IMG/VR virus record: IMGVR_UViG_3300024186_000074
Location: 1-44,943 of that record
Origin: a virus
Taxonomy: Duplodnaviria > Caudoviricetes
Direction: 5' to 3' (one strand)
Length of the DNA stretch: 44,943 nt
Shown: piece after piece, positions 42,306-44,943 of the stretch
Position numbering within the stretch: the first letter of the stretch is position 1
How the letters are laid out: each line of letters starts with the position of its first letter
The notes under the pieces: generated by a model
Databases searched by the model: none
Seen by the model: the letters and a program-made list of their open reading frames with translations, nothing else
Told to the model about the DNA's origin: nothing
Made by a program: the position numbers and the translations under genes

Positions 42306-43701
42306 GGTTCAGCACCTGCTTACCATCCGGCAGCGCTATGTTCGTGGGTATATGCGGATAGCGCGCGCCAACAGTCCTAACAACACCACCAGTTTGCCGC
42401 CCTGGCCCAGCCTTACGGCTACCCATCTTGCCGTAGCGGTAGGCGTCGTAGTCGTGGTCATCGGCATCAGTGTCCACATCATCAGTCTTATTAGGGTCAT
42501 AAGGCAGTGCTGGGATGGTCCGTATGCTGTTCAGGCAAGTGCTAAAGAACCGCGTCTTAGCCAGGCCATCCGGCATGATTGCAAAGCTGTCATGCACCAC
42601 GGCTAGACCGGCTACACGGTCGTTGTTAGCCGGCATCCACTTGACGCCGTTCTCTTCGTATATCTGCGCTACCGTCTTACCGGTGTTGTGGTCAGCCGCA
42701 CCCTTCCATATGGCTGGGTCGGCCAGGCCAAACGATACGTTCTCACCCTGCTCTAGCTGGAGCGTAACCTTAGCCTTCTCCGTAATGGGTATGAAGGTGT
42801 CTGTGCGGTACTCGCGGTAGACGTACTCATGCTCGGTCTGCGGGTCTACGGTATGCCAGAGCGTAGTGTTGTGGTTGCCGTAGTCCATGCTGCGCCAACG
42901 CGTCCAGTGGTCCGGTATGGTGAATGGCTCAATGACATGCTTGTCGTATGACCACTCAACGAACACCTGCCCGGCAAACGTGTCCCAGTCACCATCACGG
43001 AGGGCTGCGCGTAGCTGTAGGTCGCTAATGGCATCCAGCTGGCGGCCGTAGGACTTCTGGAAGGCTAGGCTTACGTGGTCGGTCAGCTTGGCTGGTATAA
43101 AGACCTGCGTAATACCCGTCAGCGGGTCTGTGTACAGCTGGTTCGGCATAACAGGGTCGATGTACTTGCGCTTGACGTAGCCATGCCCTATGCCACCAGG
43201 GTTGGTGCCAGCGAGGAACAGCACGGGCCATGCCTCATTAGCAGTTCGGTTACGGGTCTTTAGGTACTCAATCCAAGCCTGGGGGAACTGTGTGAGCTCG
43301 TCCACGATGATGACCGGCATCTCGCGGCCTTGGTACTTGTAGACGTCAGCATCGTTGTCACAGTAGTTTAGGCGGATGCGTGAGCCATTCTTAAACAGGA
43401 ACTCACGGTCTATGCCGCGGTACGTAGCGTGGCCGGCCTGGATGTACGCGCCTGCCATCTTCATGATTTCCACGTAGAACGTGCTTTTAAGCTCCGGGAT
43501 GGTACGTCTAAAGCAATCTACCGGTATGCCTGGGTACTCGAGTGCTAGCGTAATTGCTTCAGCGGCTAAGGCTGCTGTCTTGCCACCGCCGGCGGCACCA
43601 CCATACAACTTCTCATCGGCCACTGCCATATGAAAACTAGCCTGGCGCTCGCTAGGAACGTAGTCCGGTACCCTAATCTTTTGGGGGCCGTGGGACATCA
43701 T
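42268..43701 (-). CDS. terL: Terminase large subunit
   Basis: YGGAAGGGKT, IIVDELTQF, TNPGGIGH, SMDYG and DHDYDAYRY motifs. Confidence 0.93.
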   Translation of the reverse strand: MMSHGPQKIRVPDYVPSERQASFHMAVADEKLYGGAAGGGKTAALAAEAITLALEYPGIPVDCFRRTIPELKSTFYVEIMKMAGAYIQAGHATYRGIDREFLFKNGSRIRLNYCDNDADVYKYQGREMPVIIVDELTQFPQAWIEYLKTRNRTANEAWPVLFLAGTNPGGIGHGYVKRKYIDPVMPNQLYTDPLTGITQVFIPAKLTDHVSLAFQKSYGRQLDAISDLQLRAALRDGDWDTFAGQVFVEWSYDKHVIEPFTIPDHWTRWRSMDYGNHNTTLWHTVDPQTEHEYVYREYRTDTFIPITEKAKVTLQLEQGENVSFGLADPAIWKGAADHNTGKTVAQIYEENGVKWMPANNDRVAGLAVVHDSFAIMPDGLAKTRFFSTCLNSIRTIPALPYDPNKTDDVDTDADDHDYDAYRYGKMGSRKAGPGRQTGGVVRTVGARYPHIPTNIALPDGKQVLNLDFRRAYGRRRH

Positions 43702-44038
43702 TCACGAACTGGACTGCGCCACTTAGGTTGTTATCTACCTCGGTCTTCTCGATATAGCCATGCTTACTCAGTAGCAGCCTGGCCAGTCCCGAATCATAGC
43801 GTTTCTGCAAACCATTCTGCATCAGTTTCTGCGCCTGGGCTTGCAATAACTCTTCTAAGATGTAGGAAAACGCTTCATCGCTCTCGCGCCAAGCATATAG
43901 CGTGTCTCTATGCACGTGGAGATATAAAGCCAGTCCTTCGATGGTTGGCAACATGGTAGACATGAACGTACTATTTTCATCTAGATACGTCCGAGCATCA
44001 TCTAGTATTTGCTGGGTGAGCTTCGTAGGACGTGCCAT
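43673..44038 (-). CDS. terS: Terminase small subunit (P22 gp3-like)
   Basis: MARPTKL...LPTIEGLALYL...TLYAW; TATAGT 6 nt upstream of the ATG suggests a leaderless mRNA. Confidence 0.8.
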   Translation of the reverse strand: MARPTKLTQQILDDARTYLDENSTFMSTMLPTIEGLALYLHVHRDTLYAWRESDEAFSYILEELLQAQAQKLMQNGLQKRYDSGLARLLLSKHGYIEKTEVDNNLSGAVQFVNDVPRPPKD

Positions 44039-44067
44039 ACCCCTACTATACTCCACTAGGCAATAGT

Positions 44068-44466
44068 CTACTCATCATTCCCTAAGAACAGTTCTACCAA
44101 CTCTGCCGGCACATCAGTATCGTCACCCTGTTCATCAGCCGGGCCGACAACCAGCACATTGCCAACAAGCGCAGTCTGGCCACGATGGTAACGGTTGCCG
44201 GCCCATAGCAGTTCAGTGGCACGGTAGTTAAATGGCAAGCCAAGCAATAGTCCCTCATCATTCAGGATAATGCTGGCTGGCGGCTCGATGAGCTCCACGT
44301 AATCGATAAGCCCAAGCACCATCTCTTGGCGGCGGCTCAGGTCACTCTTGCCTAATTGGATGGCTTCGACTGCTAGATTGCCTAGGGCTGGCACAAGTAA
44401 GGCATGGATTGTCTCTCCGCTTGGCTCACGCTCTACACCCCATATTTGGTCTTCACGGTCGCCCAT
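44068..44466 (-). CDS. DUF3846-like protein
   Basis: LNDEG..LPFNYRAT...LVGNVLVVGPADEQGDDTDVP. Confidence 0.65.
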   Translation of the reverse strand: MGDREDQIWGVEREPSGETIHALLVPALGNLAVEAIQLGKSDLSRRQEMVLGLIDYVELIEPPASIILNDEGLLLGLPFNYRATELLWAGNRYHRGQTALVGNVLVVGPADEQGDDTDVPAELVELFLGNDE

Positions 44467-44484
44467 GTTGCCGCCATTGTACCA

Positions 44485-44631
44485 TCATTCGTAGAACTCG
44501 AACAATTCCTTGAGGTAGCGCTGCTTTGTCTCCTCGCTCCACTCAGTGGGCAGGAGTATCGTCCGGCCGCCGCCTTCCCAGGCCATGGAGACCATGGTGC
44601 CCATTTCGGTGAGTGCGCTAGTAACCGCCAA
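44485..44631 (-). CDS. Small hypothetical protein
   Basis: AAGGAGG RBS with TTG start. Confidence 0.45.
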   Translation of the reverse strand: MAVTSALTEMGTMVSMAWEGGGRTILLPTEWSEETKQRYLKELFEFYE

Positions 44632-44943
44632 GGTAGTACCCCTCCTTGACGAACTTCCAATGGTGGTAGTTCGCTTCCAGTTGTCTGTAGGCGTCCAGGA
44701 GCTCGGCACGCTCTTGATACTGGGTGACCTCGAGGTCTGGCTGCCCATGGTCTATCACGAGCCAATTGCCTAGTATCTGGCCAACGACCAGGCCGCGGGC
44801 ATCTAGTGAGCCGGCAAACACGCGGTACAGCTCGTAGGCTTCGGCCGGCTCGTTGATGATGTAGCTAAACCTTCCCTGTTCGCTGCCGACGTGACCTTCA
44901 CTGGCGCATGCCCATCCGTTCACTGCCATGATGCCTAGCACCT
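44618..44943 (-). CDS. 3' part of the junction-spanning hypothetical protein (starts at 181)
   Basis: Frame is open to the window end and continues through the terminal repeat. Confidence 0.7.
   Translation of the reverse strand, partial: VLGIMAVNGWACASEGHVGSEQGRFSYIINEPAEAYELYRVFAGSLDARGLVVGQILGNWLVIDHGQPDLEVTQYQERAELLDAYRQLEANYHHWKFVKEGYYLGGY
44818..44943. repeat. Terminal direct repeat, right copy
   Basis: Exact match to 7-132. Confidence 0.95.

Noticed and set aside
1-44943. tRNA genes, reverse transcriptase/DGR, stop-codon recoding, introns or inteins
   Set aside because: No cloverleaf or RT motifs were seen; core genes are uninterrupted and of normal length in the standard bacterial code.

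Overview
This window looks like a complete, circularly assembled genome (~44.8 kb unique) of a temperate tailed phage, probably a podovirus. Positions 7-132 repeat exactly at 44818-44943, and one gene reads across that junction. The right two-thirds (minus strand) carry terminase small and large subunits, a phage GroES/GroEL pair split by an HNH-AP2 endonuclease, portal, scaffold, major capsid, accessory virion, adaptor, nozzle-like and probable ejection proteins, and a lysis cassette. No tape measure gene is evident. The left arm has a VRR-NUC-like nuclease, an SSB-like protein, an HTH replication initiator containing iterons, and many tiny genes. The main surprise is a mobilisation kit inside a phage: a Replic_Relax-family relaxase (3173-3859) and a VirD4/TraM-like coupling ATPase operon (13423-16997), with no mating-pair genes. 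Alongside it are an actinobacterial-style large serine integrase with an apparently intact attP, a GntR regulator and two Lsr2-type paralogues with different C-terminal domains. The non-coding DNA is highly organised: a repeated '-10 box / AGTAGCT / terminator hairpin' leader precedes several late genes, there are at least two candidate structured sRNAs, and three early promoters carry DnaA-like boxes. All family assignments come from reading motifs by eye; no database searches or folding programs were run.
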